DNA of 64,000 nt, taken from positions 83,786-147,785 of the forward strand of contig CAWDLW010000027.1 in NCBI GenBank assembly GCA_963803145.1. The letters run 5' to 3'. Positions 18,370-28,464 of the stretch are shown piece by piece (within the stretch, counting starts at the first letter, position 1; the number at the start of each line of letters is the position of its first letter). The notes below the pieces were generated by a model. It saw nothing but the letters and a program-made list of their open reading frames with translations, searched no databases and was not told the DNA's origin. Origin of the DNA: Methanotrichaceae archaeon (GTDB lineage: Archaea; Halobacteriota; Methanosarcinia; Methanotrichales; Methanotrichaceae). The translations under genes were made by a program, and so were the position numbers.

Positions 18370-19558
18370 CTAGTGCAGCATAACACAAGTTTTTTATCCT
18401 AGCAAGTCCTTATGATCGCTAATCATGTCGAGGAAAACAATATTCGTCGTAAAATTGACAGATGAGGATCGGGAATATCTGAACCAGTTTATTCGCCATG
18501 GAAAGGCATCTGTAAGAAGCGTGACTCGTGCCAGGACACTGCTCATGGCAGACGAAGGTTACTCCAATAAAGATATCGTAAAGATTCTAAAAATAACCAG
18601 ACCTACGGTTAACAGTGCAAGGAAAAGGTACTGCCAGGAAGGTTTGGACTCTGCAATAAACGATAAACCAAGAAGCGGCGCACCTCCAAAGATAGATGGA
18701 AGGATTGAGACACAAGTTACCCTTCTTGCCTGTTCGAAACCACCGGAAGGCAAATCGACCTGGACTCTGAAGCTTTTAGCCGATAGGCTCGTGGAAATGG
18801 AGGTAATAGAATCCATATCTACCATGACCGTTCAGAGGATCTTAAAAAAAGCGAGACCAAGCCTTGGCAGAAGGTTAGATGGTGTATTGGCGAGATAACA
18901 AGCGATTACATCATGCATATGGAAGATGTGCTGGATCAATATGAGCAACCCTATGATCCTAAGCATCCTTTAATCTGCATGGATGAGATGCCATGCCAAT
19001 TGATAGACAACGTTTTAGTTCCTATTCCTCCTAAACCTGGAAAATCACAAAAAGTCGATTTTGAATATCGCCGTAATGGTACATGCTGTGTTTTCATCGC
19101 CTTTGATCCACATGCCCGTTGGAGAACAATATCTGTTGAAGAACACCGGACGAAAATTGATTATGCCCATTTTATGAAAGGGCTTTCCCAGAAATATCCT
19201 GAGGCAGAATACCTTAAAGTTGTCCAGGATAACCTTAACACTCACTCATCTGGTTCATTTTATGAAGCATTCTCGCCTGAGGAGGCGTTCCAGCTTGCCA
19301 AGAAGTTTGAGTTCCATTTTACTCCAAAGAAGGGTAGCTGGCTTAACATGGCTGAGATTGAGTTCTCGGCTCTTTCAAGGCAATGCTTGAACCGACGAAT
19401 TGGCGATATCAAAACTTTAGCCAAGGAAGCGAAAGCTTGGGAACAGGATCGGAACAGGGCTAAAGTAGCTATTCGATGGAAGTTCACCAAAGCCAATGCA
19501 AGAGAGAAGTTCTGTAGGCATTACCTTAAGATAAAGAATTAATGTTATGATGTACTAG
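18370..19558 (+). mobile_element. IS630-family insertion sequence
   Basis: Ends CTAGTGCAGCATAACA and TGTTATGATGTACTAG (14/16 complementary) with CTAG/TA at both junctions. Confidence 0.88.
18425..19542 (+). CDS. IS630 transposase in two frames joined by a -1 frameshift
   Basis: HTH ORF 18425-18898 and DDE ORF (CMDE, VQDNLNTH, TPKKGSWLNMAEIE). An A7G run at 18844-18851 shifts into KKSETKPWQKVRWCIG, which is contiguous with the DDE ORF. Confidence 0.88.
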
Positions 19559-19749
19559 TCTTCATCGGCCGCTGATGGGGCCAGAAAAGAAATAACAGCA
19601 CCAGAAAATCCAAGATTATGAGTTTCTTCACGATCAATCCCCTCCTTAGGATCTTCCGGGTATGGGCATGCTTTGGCTTAATTTCCATGAACTTATCTCA
19701 CTGCTCTATGGTCTTAGCGAAGTAAGCTTCCGGATCTTTTGATTGCTTT

Positions 19750-20718
19750 TTATACCCCCAGCTTCTTAAGAGCATCTGTAGCTCTCTTCCGGACATCACT
19801 ATCTTTATCCTTCTGAGTTTGAGTCAAAGGATCAATGGCTAAGGGAGATCCTATACTTCCTAGAGAATCAGCAGCAGCCATTCGAACATACTTATCATCA
19901 TCCTTCAAAGCTTGAATTAATGGATCAACCGCAGAAGGATCTTTGAGATTTCCGAGAGCAAACGCAGCACTCTGGCGGACAAGACCAGAGTTATCTTTTA
20001 GAGCTTTAACCAAGTGATCTACGGCGCGGGTATCATTGATTTCTCCAAGAGCCTTTGCAGCTTCGTTTCGAACCCAATCATATTTGTCATTTTCAAGAGT
20101 ATAAATCAATGGCTCTATAGCCTTACGAGCTTTGATTTTTCCCAGACATTCGGCAGCCCCACTCCTGATCATGCCATCTTTATCATATAAAGCATCTATT
20201 AATGGATCTACCGCTTGCTCTCCCAGATTCACAAGAGACTTTTTGGCATTTATTTGGACATCTACATTATTATCCTTTAGAGCCTGAATTAATGGGGTTA
20301 TCGTCCTGCTATCATTGAGATTTCCCAAGGACTGAGCCGCTGAAGCTCTGATGCTACTATTCTCATCAGTGAGACCCTTAATTAACAAATCAACTTCACT
20401 CGACGGAGAATAGTTTGGAATCTCATTGCTATTGAGGTTGCTGTTCAGGTACTTGCTATTTGTACCTTCTTGCCCTAAATTTTCATTTCCAAGCTCAGGG
20501 TTATTATTCACTTCACCGATCGGACAGAGTATTTGATTGAAATTCACATAATAAGCACTTCTGCAGACAGGACAGACATAGTTATAGGGATTGGCGACAA
20601 CTTCCGCCACTTCAGAAGAGGTTAACTGGAATACGGAACCACATACTGGACACTGCCAGCAGGTCAGTCCCATCGTCTGCCCAAAGGATGTGGTAGACAG
20701 CGCAACCATTATTATCAC
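19750..20718 (-). CDS. HEAT/PBS-lyase repeat protein with N-terminal CxxC...CxxC zinc-ribbon-like segment
   Basis: About 7 LIxAL.D....VR..AA.ALG repeats; WQCPVCG and YVCPVCR; hydrophobic N-terminus. Confidence 0.85.
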   Translation of the reverse strand: MIIMVALSTTSFGQTMGLTCWQCPVCGSVFQLTSSEVAEVVANPYNYVCPVCRSAYYVNFNQILCPIGEVNNNPELGNENLGQEGTNSKYLNSNLNSNEIPNYSPSSEVDLLIKGLTDENSSIRASAAQSLGNLNDSRTITPLIQALKDNNVDVQINAKKSLVNLGEQAVDPLIDALYDKDGMIRSGAAECLGKIKARKAIEPLIYTLENDKYDWVRNEAAKALGEINDTRAVDHLVKALKDNSGLVRQSAAFALGNLKDPSAVDPLIQALKDDDKYVRMAAADSLGSIGSPLAIDPLTQTQKDKDSDVRKRATDALKKLGV

Positions 20719-20802
20719 AGTGAGAACGAACTTTATACTAATAGTAATACCTCCCAGACATAGTATAATTATTGACCATTAAAAGCTTACGTTGAGAGGA
20801 AT

Positions 20803-21360
20803 ATGATAATTAGGTCGCCTTTTCTAGTTGAATGGAGATGGTATTCTCTAGAGGGCAGTCAATATTACACAGGTTCAGTTGATATCCCAGCTCCAGCAAG
20901 TGGAGCTTACTGGGACATCTACAATGTCTGGTATTACATCCCTATTGCCAGAAGCGATGCAGCTAATCTGCCAGGCAACTGGCATGTGGATGTCTTCCTC
21001 AATGGCAACAAACTTCTAACAGAGCAATTTTCCATAGGCATTTCAGACGGCACTTCAGCGAGGCTCTCTGTAGAGGTCCCAAAAACCCTGAATGAATGCG
21101 AAACGTATGATACTCAGATTTGCGGCACGTGGACACTTGTTGGCGATAATTTCAATGCAAACTGGGGTACAAACAATAAAGGAACAGTTAAGATACAGCG
21201 CTGGGATGCTGGAGGCGTAGTTCTAACCCGCAACGACGTAAAGGGATTATCTGTACGCTACGATGGCAACATCAGCGGAAATCAGATAGTTAACGGCGTG
21301 ATCACATGGACTGGCACAACAAGTATCTGGAGTGGAACTTGGAGCGCAGAGTGGACATAG
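20803..21360 (+). CDS. Hypothetical beta-rich extracellular-type protein, probably 5'-truncated
   Basis: Trp/Gly/Thr-rich Ig-like sequence (PGNWHVDVFLNG..LLTEQFSI) with no signal peptide. Confidence 0.55.
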   Translation: MIIRSPFLVEWRWYSLEGSQYYTGSVDIPAPASGAYWDIYNVWYYIPIARSDAANLPGNWHVDVFLNGNKLLTEQFSIGISDGTSARLSVEVPKTLNECETYDTQICGTWTLVGDNFNANWGTNNKGTVKIQRWDAGGVVLTRNDVKGLSVRYDGNISGNQIVNGVITWTGTTSIWSGTWSAEWT

Positions 21361-21373
21361 CCCACTGATCTGA

Positions 21374-21580
21374 TCAGCATTTTTTGGCTCCTTTGTCCGA
21401 GGGAGGAGGCAGAGACAAGCGACACCGATATACTTGTGGAGTTCGAGGACCCAACCTACAGGAACTTCATGAGCCTTGCCTTCTTCCTGGAGGACCTAGG
21501 CCGGGGGTTTGATCTTTTGACTCCTGAAGGAAATAGCCATAGATTAGGCCTTTTGTGGAGAAATAGGTGGTCTGGGCTGA
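21374..21580 (+). pseudogene. Minimal nucleotidyltransferase (MNT antitoxin) remnant
   Basis: Across frameshifts: FGSFVRG-E..ETSDTDILVEFEDPTYRNFMSLAFFLEDL-GRGFDLLTPEG, with the GS...DxD motif. Confidence 0.75.
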
Positions 21581-21672
21581 TTAAGGACCACCCCGTATCC
21601 GGGCCACATATGCGGGTCGAACTTTGGGCGAAAAAGCTTTTGGTCGCTTCTACGACCTAATTGGAAAGAGAC

Positions 21673-22026
21673 TTAGGGTGGATGGCACAATCCACAAGGC
21701 ACATAGCCATGTGCATGGGCATCCTCAGAGCTTGAGAACCAAATCTCGTTCTCAGGCTTAATTTTACGGGCGGCACTACAGCTTGGATAATGGTATTTAT
21801 CCGACTTTATAGAGCCAACGAATACCTTTTCGGAAGCAAGAGTGCCATTAAAAGTGAGAGTGCTGTCTACGGAACCTTGATTGATTTGAAGACTCGGTAC
21901 TACAGCACTGAGGTTAACTTGGTGGCTTAATTGACCTCCAACAACTAGACCCATCGATACCAAAACAAGGATTGATATTAAGATCTTCCATCCAGTTTGC
22001 GTAATATCCACCTTGATTTTAATCAT
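21673..22026 (-). CDS. Membrane-anchored Ada-type metal-binding domain protein
   Basis: FVGSIKSDKYHYPSC...IKPENEIWF.S...A...GYVPCGLCHP after an N-terminal TM segment. Confidence 0.8.
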   Translation of the reverse strand: MIKIKVDITQTGWKILISILVLVSMGLVVGGQLSHQVNLSAVVPSLQINQGSVDSTLTFNGTLASEKVFVGSIKSDKYHYPSCSAARKIKPENEIWFSSSEDAHAHGYVPCGLCHPP

Positions 22027-22398
22027 TAATCATACACGATGAAAAAGCTTTTGGTTAATCAGTGAATCAGCAGCTTACTCATATCATTTTGGCGTTAGCA
22101 TCACAATCATCGTCCTCCCAGTCATCACCTACACCGTTCCAATATCCTTCATCTCGTCGGCGGCCGATGCCTCAACAGATCGATATCTGGGCGCAGGTAA
22201 GCCATTATTACGTCATCTATATCCATTAACTCAACTTAGGTAGGCTACCAGAGAACATGCTTCTAGGAAGCGATAAGATAGAAATGCTCCGTATATCGTC
22301 CGTCTGGCGTGAATTGAGGAAATAATAAAAAGATAGACTGCACAATAACAATAAATGATGAACTCAGAAATTTGAGAATCGAGATGCGAGGCTTTCGA

Positions 22399-23004
22399 AT
22401 GGACAAAACAATATATCGAGTCGGTTTCTGGCTGGCGCTTATCGCATTTATTGCAGCAATCGGATTCTCTATTGCTCAAATTCTGCAGGTTATAGGTATT
22501 ACCAAGCCTCCATGGGATGCAATTCTTATCTATTTATTTTCCCTTTTTATTGCAACGCCATTTATGCTTGTACTACTAGCACTTCATTATGTGACACCGG
22601 CCGAGAAGAGGTTTTGGAGCCATGCGGCGGTTCTCCTTGCCCTAATGTACGCCACATACGTCACTTTGAATTACGTTGTTCAATTGACAGCCGTGATCCC
22701 TTATGCCGCCCCGAACCCGGTTCTTATACAAACACCCCACTCTCTTTTCTGGACTGTTGATGCATTAGGATACATAGCACTGAGTTTAGCGACTTTATTT
22801 GCAATTCCAGTGTTTACGAAACAGGGGCTGCAGAAGTGGATCAGATGGTTTTTCCTTGCTAACGGCTTAATTATCCCACTGTTTGCCATAGTATATTTCT
22901 ATCCGAACTTTTCAACGACATTACTGCTTCTTGGTTTGCCATGGCTAGTTACTGCTCCAGGATCGATGTTATTATTGGCACTCTTCTTTAAGAGAGGCCC
23001 CTAA
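22399..23004 (+). CDS. Hypothetical integral membrane protein (about 6 TM)
   Basis: Long hydrophobic ORF with a GAGG RBS before ATG 22399. Confidence 0.7.
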   Translation: MDKTIYRVGFWLALIAFIAAIGFSIAQILQVIGITKPPWDAILIYLFSLFIATPFMLVLLALHYVTPAEKRFWSHAAVLLALMYATYVTLNYVVQLTAVIPYAAPNPVLIQTPHSLFWTVDALGYIALSLATLFAIPVFTKQGLQKWIRWFFLANGLIIPLFAIVYFYPNFSTTLLLLGLPWLVTAPGSMLLLALFFKRGP

Positions 23005-23336
23005 TAGCTGATGGCTCGGCATATCTGCTGTGACTGCTCAGCCTGCAGCGGCTTCAGTAGAATAATAGTCGTCCGCTAAACAATCCACGGGCTAAAGCAG
23101 CACATATATTTCACCCTGATATGGATAGGATTCATAGCCTTCAACCCCGGATTGATATCAATTATACTACTCCTGAATGCGGGTTCTCTATATTCCCCCG
23201 GGAGTATAGAGATTCTAGAAGAATAAGGGACATTCTATATATAATCAGGCAAAAATTTATAGAAAAAATTAATTATCCTAGGCGATATACGTTTAATAAT
23301 AACTTCAAATGTTGTAACCAAAAAGAGTGTGAAGAT

Positions 23337-24119
23337 ATGCGGTTAAAATTAGTGCACATTGGATTAATGGTGCTAGTCATCGCACTATTGCTTGGAAATC
23401 TCGCGGTATGTGTGGAATCAACAAAGAATCCTCAAGTATGTCGAGGGTCAAAGCCAGACGAATGTAATGGCCATTGTGTTAACCTTCAGAATGATAGGCA
23501 AAATTGCGGAAGCTGTGGAAATGCTTGTAATCACGATGAAGTCTGCCAAAAAGGTGAATGCATTAAAGGTTCCAATAATAACAATAACGGTATCAATGCT
23601 AACAACAAAGCAACGTGCACCGACAATGTGAAGAACGGCAAGGAGACGGATATTGACTGCGGAGGATCGACCTGTTCAGCCTGCGCCGATGGCAAGACCT
23701 GTAGCAAGAACACAGACTGCTCGAGCCACTTATGTACAAATGGTATCTGCCAGGTATCCTCGGAGCAGCCAGTCACGACGCAAGTAGGCTCCCAGTCGAA
23801 CAACCAATCAGCAACCAATAATACAAAGCTCCTAAAACTAAAGTCGCCCGGTGGCATCAGCGGAGTAGGCGGAATCAAGACGGCTGGGTATTCATGTGAT
23901 GGGTTGAGTTGTGACTGCATAGGTGATGCAGATTGCAATGATATGTTCACTAATGCTGGCTGTGGAGATATTTCATCGTGCAATACAGATGCTAATGGCG
24001 TAGTAACATGCTCTTGTCTTACTGTGGCATTTTCACGAACTAATAATACAACTCTTAAAGGTCCAAAATCTCCTGTTGGACTGATTCCTGTCAAACCAGT
24101 AAATATAGCACCTCAGTGA
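23337..24119 (+). CDS. Secreted modular cysteine-rich protein
   Basis: Signal peptide from ATG 23337. Modules CVNLQNDRQNCGSCGNAC (STIG1-like), CTDNVKNGKETDIDCGG..C..C and a third Cys cluster. Confidence 0.8.
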   Translation: MRLKLVHIGLMVLVIALLLGNLAVCVESTKNPQVCRGSKPDECNGHCVNLQNDRQNCGSCGNACNHDEVCQKGECIKGSNNNNNGINANNKATCTDNVKNGKETDIDCGGSTCSACADGKTCSKNTDCSSHLCTNGICQVSSEQPVTTQVGSQSNNQSATNNTKLLKLKSPGGISGVGGIKTAGYSCDGLSCDCIGDADCNDMFTNAGCGDISSCNTDANGVVTCSCLTVAFSRTNNTTLKGPKSPVGLIPVKPVNIAPQ

Positions 24120-24134
24120 CCGACCTAGCCGACC

Positions 24135-24387
24135 TATAAATTTGTGCTTGATAGCCTTAGGATCACAAATACGAGAGCATTTCATGAGGATACAGATTAT
24201 GCTAATGCGGGTGTGGCAATTGATAACGGGATGGTCCCTGGTGCCCTGCAGACAAAGTCCTCCAGTAACTTAAACAATGGCGTACATACAATCGACCTTG
24301 AGATTGGGGCCAATATATGTAGCTGATGATCCCAACACTCCTGTCACAATTGCCTCCCAGATCGTGAAAAGCGGCAATTCAGACTAA
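24135..24387 (+). pseudogene. Degenerate fragment of an unknown extracellular protein
   Basis: Protein-like YKFVLDSLRITNTRAFHEDTDY...QTKSSSNLNNGVHTIDL continues in another frame (DDPNTPVTIASQIVKSGNSD). No good start. Confidence 0.4.
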
Positions 24388-24473
24388 AGTACAATCGTCG
24401 ATGCTTTGAGTGCTGGTACTGGTACCCATACCCTCATTGACTCCGCTGTTCCAGGAGCGGGGCCTGAACAAGT

Positions 24474-24715
24474 TTATTCGACAACTGATACCGGCTCCGT
24501 CGAGACATCAATCGTATGGCCATCTATCGATGGTATGGGTTGGCCCATCCTAAGTCCTAGGACTATCCAACCCTCGATAGCCGAGATAAGCTCCTTACGG
24601 CACTCTTCGAAAGTCTTGCCTGTCACCCACACTCCTGAAAGACCTGGGACATGAGCATAATATGGGCTCAAGATCATCGATTATCTCGTATTTGGCTCGC
24701 TCTAAGACAGCCTGA
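24474..24715 (-). pseudogene. hicB: HicB-family (UPF0150) antitoxin, frameshifted
   Basis: AVLERAKYEIIDDLEP in one frame and YYAHVPGLSGVWVTGKTFEECRKEL..IEGWI..GL..G.PIP in the next; shift near 24665. Confidence 0.75.
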
Positions 24716-24907
24716 TTCTGCAACCATGTCAAATTCCTCGATGTAAATGAAAGGATTTGAACATGCTTGCACGATGCTCGCTGGCAATCCATCTACAAGC
24801 ACCTCCAACCCACATCGGATTCAGTCATTATCACCAATAATCCTCCAGCTGCTGCAGAATACAGAATATTTTGAATAATTCATAAATTTTTATGAAAAAA
24901 TATATGA

Positions 24908-24932
24908 GTAGGTTAGGCTAAAGCCTAGACCT
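24908..24932 (-). terminator. Hairpin downstream of the collagen-like gene
   Basis: TAGGTTAGGCT-AA-AGCCTAGACCTA, with T-rich sequence downstream on the minus strand. Confidence 0.45.
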
Positions 24933-24957
24933 AATTTTTCTCTATAGCTGGCTAATT

Positions 24958-25656
24958 TTATCCTTGGTTGCAATCGCATGTTCCTGTAGCTCCTGTAGCC
25001 CCTGTAGCCCCTGTAGCTCCTGTAGCTCCTGTAGCCCCTGTGGCTCCGGTTTCGCCTTTGTCTCCTTTAAGTCCCTGTAGTCCTTGTGGTCCTGCGGGTC
25101 CTGCTACTCCTGCTGGTCCTTGTGGTCCAGCTGGTCCTTGAGCTCCTGTAGCCCCAGCATCGCCTTGGTCTCCCTTAAGCCCCTGTACTCCTTGTGGTCC
25201 CGCGGGTCCTGCTACTCCTGCTGGTCCCTGAGGCCCTTGTGCCCCAGTAGCTCCGGTATCACCCTTGTCTCCTTTAAGTCCCTGTAGTCCTTGTGGTCCT
25301 TGAGCCCCTGCTGGTCCTTGCAGTCCTTGAGCTCCTGTAGCCCCAGTATCGCCTTTGTCTCCTTTAAGTCCCTGTAGTCCTTGGAACCCTCGTTCTCCTG
25401 TATCACCTTTAGGTCCAGGCGGTCCTTGAGGTCCTCTCATCAATATATTAAAATTCCCATTAAACCCTGTGAGGTTACCTGTAGCACCGAACGTTAGGTT
25501 TTTAACTAATTCATCAATATTTGTATTAAGATCTACAACAAAAATGACATATTTAACGTCAGTATTATTGATCACCTTTATTGGTTGGCCATCCTGAGCC
25601 GTGACTGCTACGGTTAGGCAGATTATTAGCGCCAACAGCAAACACCAGATTTTCAA
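24958..25656 (-). CDS. Secreted collagen-like protein (about 51 uninterrupted Gly-X-Y triplets)
   Basis: GGAGGGAG RBS, TTG start, signal peptide, short N-domain, GPQGPP...GATGAT, C-terminal CDCNQG. Confidence 0.9.
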   Translation of the reverse strand: MKIWCLLLALIICLTVAVTAQDGQPIKVINNTDVKYVIFVVDLNTNIDELVKNLTFGATGNLTGFNGNFNILMRGPQGPPGPKGDTGERGFQGLQGLKGDKGDTGATGAQGLQGPAGAQGPQGLQGLKGDKGDTGATGAQGPQGPAGVAGPAGPQGVQGLKGDQGDAGATGAQGPAGPQGPAGVAGPAGPQGLQGLKGDKGETGATGATGATGATGATGATGATGTCDCNQG

Positions 25657-26177
25657 GGTTCTCCCTCCTGCTTATCAGTGAAGTATCTAAAACATGGATA
25701 TCCCATATTTATACGTACTGACCCTTCTAATAATTTAATTAAAGATTTAGTTAAAAATAATTTCCATGTTTATCTAAATCTAAAGAGGGCACTTAAAATC
25801 TCATATTTTAACCTATAATATCACTATGAATTTAAATTTACTCTCATGTAATTCTTTTATTCGGAGAATAATCACAACCAAAGATCAAAGTTACTAGTAA
25901 TTTATGCTTACCTAGCGAATAGACATCCTATCAACATCACTTCTACGTAAGCACCATAACCACCGTCTCCCCAGGTGCAACCAATACCGTTCTCAAATCC
26001 TTTTTGCTTTCCAAAGTCGAAGGCCCAATATTCTGACTTATGCACACTTTAATCCAGATCTTTTTTATCATCCTTTGTGACTTTGCGATGAGAGTCAGTA
26101 TTGTATGACCACAAAAATACAAAGAAATGTTTCGAAGCACGGCTCTATTTTGCAATGAAAAGGCAAAAGAGTCCGAC

Positions 26178-27416
26178 CTATGCCGTCAGCCTCTCAAACC
26201 TCTCCTGCGCCTTCTCCAGTATCTGCTCCTCGCCTGGAATCACTCCATCTCGCATGAGTATTTTTCCGTTGACGATTGTTGTATCAACGCCTCCCGGCAT
26301 TGCATAGACGAGGTGAGAGATCATGTTGGTCTCAGGGCTGAACCAGGGACGTCTCAAGTTTATGAGTGCCAAATCAGCGAGTGCTCCTTCGTATAGGCCG
26401 AGGTTCAATCCTAAGGCCTCATATGCATTTTCCGTCGCCATCTGCCATACTTCCACTGCCTTTATGGCATCCGGCCTGCAGAGTGCGTTCTTATGTACGA
26501 TGGCTGCAACCTTCATCTCCTCGAATATATCGAGATTGTTGTTGCTAGAAGCGCCATCTGTTCCGATGCAGACGTTGGCGCCACTATCCAGGAGCTTTTC
26601 CAGCGGCGCTATTCCTGAGGCCAGCTTGAGGTTGCTCACAGGACAATGGACCACATTTACTCCTCTCTTTGCCAGAAGGGATATGTCTCCATCGGACAGC
26701 CAAACACAATGGGCGGCCATAACCCTAGAGGAGAGCAAACCTAGAGAATCCAAATACTCCACAGGGCTCTTTCCGTGCTTCTTCATAGATTCCTCTACCT
26801 CACCTTGCGTCTCTGAGAGGTGAATATGAAGCATCACATCATTCTTCTCGGCAGTCTCTTTTGCCCACAGTAGAGTATCATCGGAGCAGGTATAGATGGC
26901 ATGTGGGCCTACCGCCGGGTGAATAAGATCATCGCCCTTCCACCGCCCTATGAAGTCCTCTGTCTCCTTCTTGAACTCCGGCCTGAAATCGAAAACGACT
27001 TGCGAGAGGAAGGCTCGCAGTCCCATCTCTTTGGTAGCTGTTGCTGTCTCCTCCATGAAGAAGTACATATCGTTGAAGCAAGTGATCCCGAAGCGTATCA
27101 TCTCCAGACAGCCGAGCTTCACACCCCAGCGGATATCCTCTCCTGTTAATCGTGCCTCGAGTGGCCATATCTTCTCCGTTAGCCAGGGCATGAGGGGCAT
27201 ATCATCTGCATAGCCCCTGAAAAGCGTCATGGCCAGATGAGTATGGCTGTTAATAAGTCCTGGGATGGCCAATTTTCCGCGGCCGTCAATGATTTCATCA
27301 GAAGATTCCGCTGGCAGATCGCGGCCGACTTTTTTGATCCTATTCCCCTCGATGAGTATGTCGTAGCCTTTGAGAAACTGGCCTAAGTGTATGAGTGAGA
27401 CATCTTTGATAAGCAT
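26178..27416 (-). CDS. 5'-deoxyadenosine/MTA/SAH deaminase-type amidohydrolase
   Basis: PGLINSHTHLAM, HIHLSET, AAHCVW, HCPVSNLKLASG and GTDGASSNN motifs. Confidence 0.9.
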   Translation of the reverse strand: MLIKDVSLIHLGQFLKGYDILIEGNRIKKVGRDLPAESSDEIIDGRGKLAIPGLINSHTHLAMTLFRGYADDMPLMPWLTEKIWPLEARLTGEDIRWGVKLGCLEMIRFGITCFNDMYFFMEETATATKEMGLRAFLSQVVFDFRPEFKKETEDFIGRWKGDDLIHPAVGPHAIYTCSDDTLLWAKETAEKNDVMLHIHLSETQGEVEESMKKHGKSPVEYLDSLGLLSSRVMAAHCVWLSDGDISLLAKRGVNVVHCPVSNLKLASGIAPLEKLLDSGANVCIGTDGASSNNNLDIFEEMKVAAIVHKNALCRPDAIKAVEVWQMATENAYEALGLNLGLYEGALADLALINLRRPWFSPETNMISHLVYAMPGGVDTTIVNGKILMRDGVIPGEEQILEKAQERFERLTA

Positions 27417-27720
27417 AAGCGCTAGAAGGCTGAGCTGAATTTAAATTTTCCTTAGGCTAAGAAATATATCGCCGATCTAAAATTATTGGTTAGAATTATG
27501 GCATCTGATCTAAGATCGGGCTGAGGTAGCCAAGTAGCATAGAGCATATGCATTTGAGGTCGTATGCAGGTGAATATCATTTTGTTTGACTTCTTAAACT
27601 TAAACGGAAAAAGAATGCATGAAGCAGGAAGCAAATTGCAGTTTTAAGTTCTTGAAATTAGGTCTACTTTAATTTAAAAAATGATTCCTTCTGAAGGAAT
27701 CGGGTGAATTTGCTTTATGT

Positions 27721-28464
27721 TTATGTCGTGTATGTGAAATCCCACCAACCCGACTTAAGGCCAGTGTTGTTTGAAGCATCCACAGCCCAAACTCTCCATC
27801 GGCCAGGCTGGGCTCCAAGGAAGTCAAATGTATAGTTTGTACTGTATATTCCTGGAACGACCTCTGAGACCTGCCCTTCATCATTATACCATTTGCTGTT
27901 TACACTATCGAAGGGGTCGATCTCGACGGTGTAGGATGAAGCCCCTGCTACTGGCATCCACTCTAAAGTCGTAGTTCTGGGGAAGTAATTGAAAACCGAG
28001 CCAGAGGCAGGAGATACTTGTATAGGTGCTGTAAGCTGCCCTTGCGGATTTTCTCTTTGAAAGATGTATTGATTGACATAGTTGGCTCTGCTTCCATTAT
28101 CAGTGAATATATGATAGGAGTCTACCATCAAATTCTGTCCAGAAGGCTTTATGATCAATGTGGTGACAGAAAATCCAGAATCGAAAACGGCCATTAATGC
28201 TCGCGCAGTGCTCGAAATATCAGAGGATACATCTGGTGCAAAGACATAAGCATCAACAGTTCCCCAATCACATGGAGTTGGTGTACAGGATCCCCAAGAG
28301 TGGACCCTGACTGAGTTTCCGGATACGGAAATATCCAGAGTAGGTATACCTCTCATATTGGGATCTATATTGGTCCATGTGCCTGCGAATTGGCTTAGGC
28401 TTGCACAAGCGTTTAAGCTCAATAAAATTATACACATTGCTACAATGAACAATATCTTAGTCAT
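27721..28464 (-). CDS. Secreted two-domain protein with C-terminal FN3-like domain
   Basis: Signal peptide; WGSCTPTPCDWG domain; APIQVSP...LEW.PV.GA.SY.VE...GRWRVWAVD. Confidence 0.75.
   Translation of the reverse strand: MTKILFIVAMCIILLSLNACASLSQFAGTWTNIDPNMRGIPTLDISVSGNSVRVHSWGSCTPTPCDWGTVDAYVFAPDVSSDISSTARALMAVFDSGFSVTTLIIKPSGQNLMVDSYHIFTDNGSRANYVNQYIFQRENPQGQLTAPIQVSPASGSVFNYFPRTTTLEWMPVAGASSYTVEIDPFDSVNSKWYNDEGQVSEVVPGIYSTNYTFDFLGAQPGRWRVWAVDASNNTGLKSGWWDFTYTT

Noticed and set aside
22128-22133. In-frame TAG as pyrrolysine read-through
   Set aside because: The fragment also has a frameshift, and no pyl genes are visible; decay is the simpler explanation.
24980-25434. 9-bp and longer tandem repeats as a non-coding array
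   Set aside because: Fully explained by Gly-X-Y coding on the minus strand.
25943-26155. 70-aa minus-strand ORF after the deaminase
   Set aside because: No recognisable family or translation signals.
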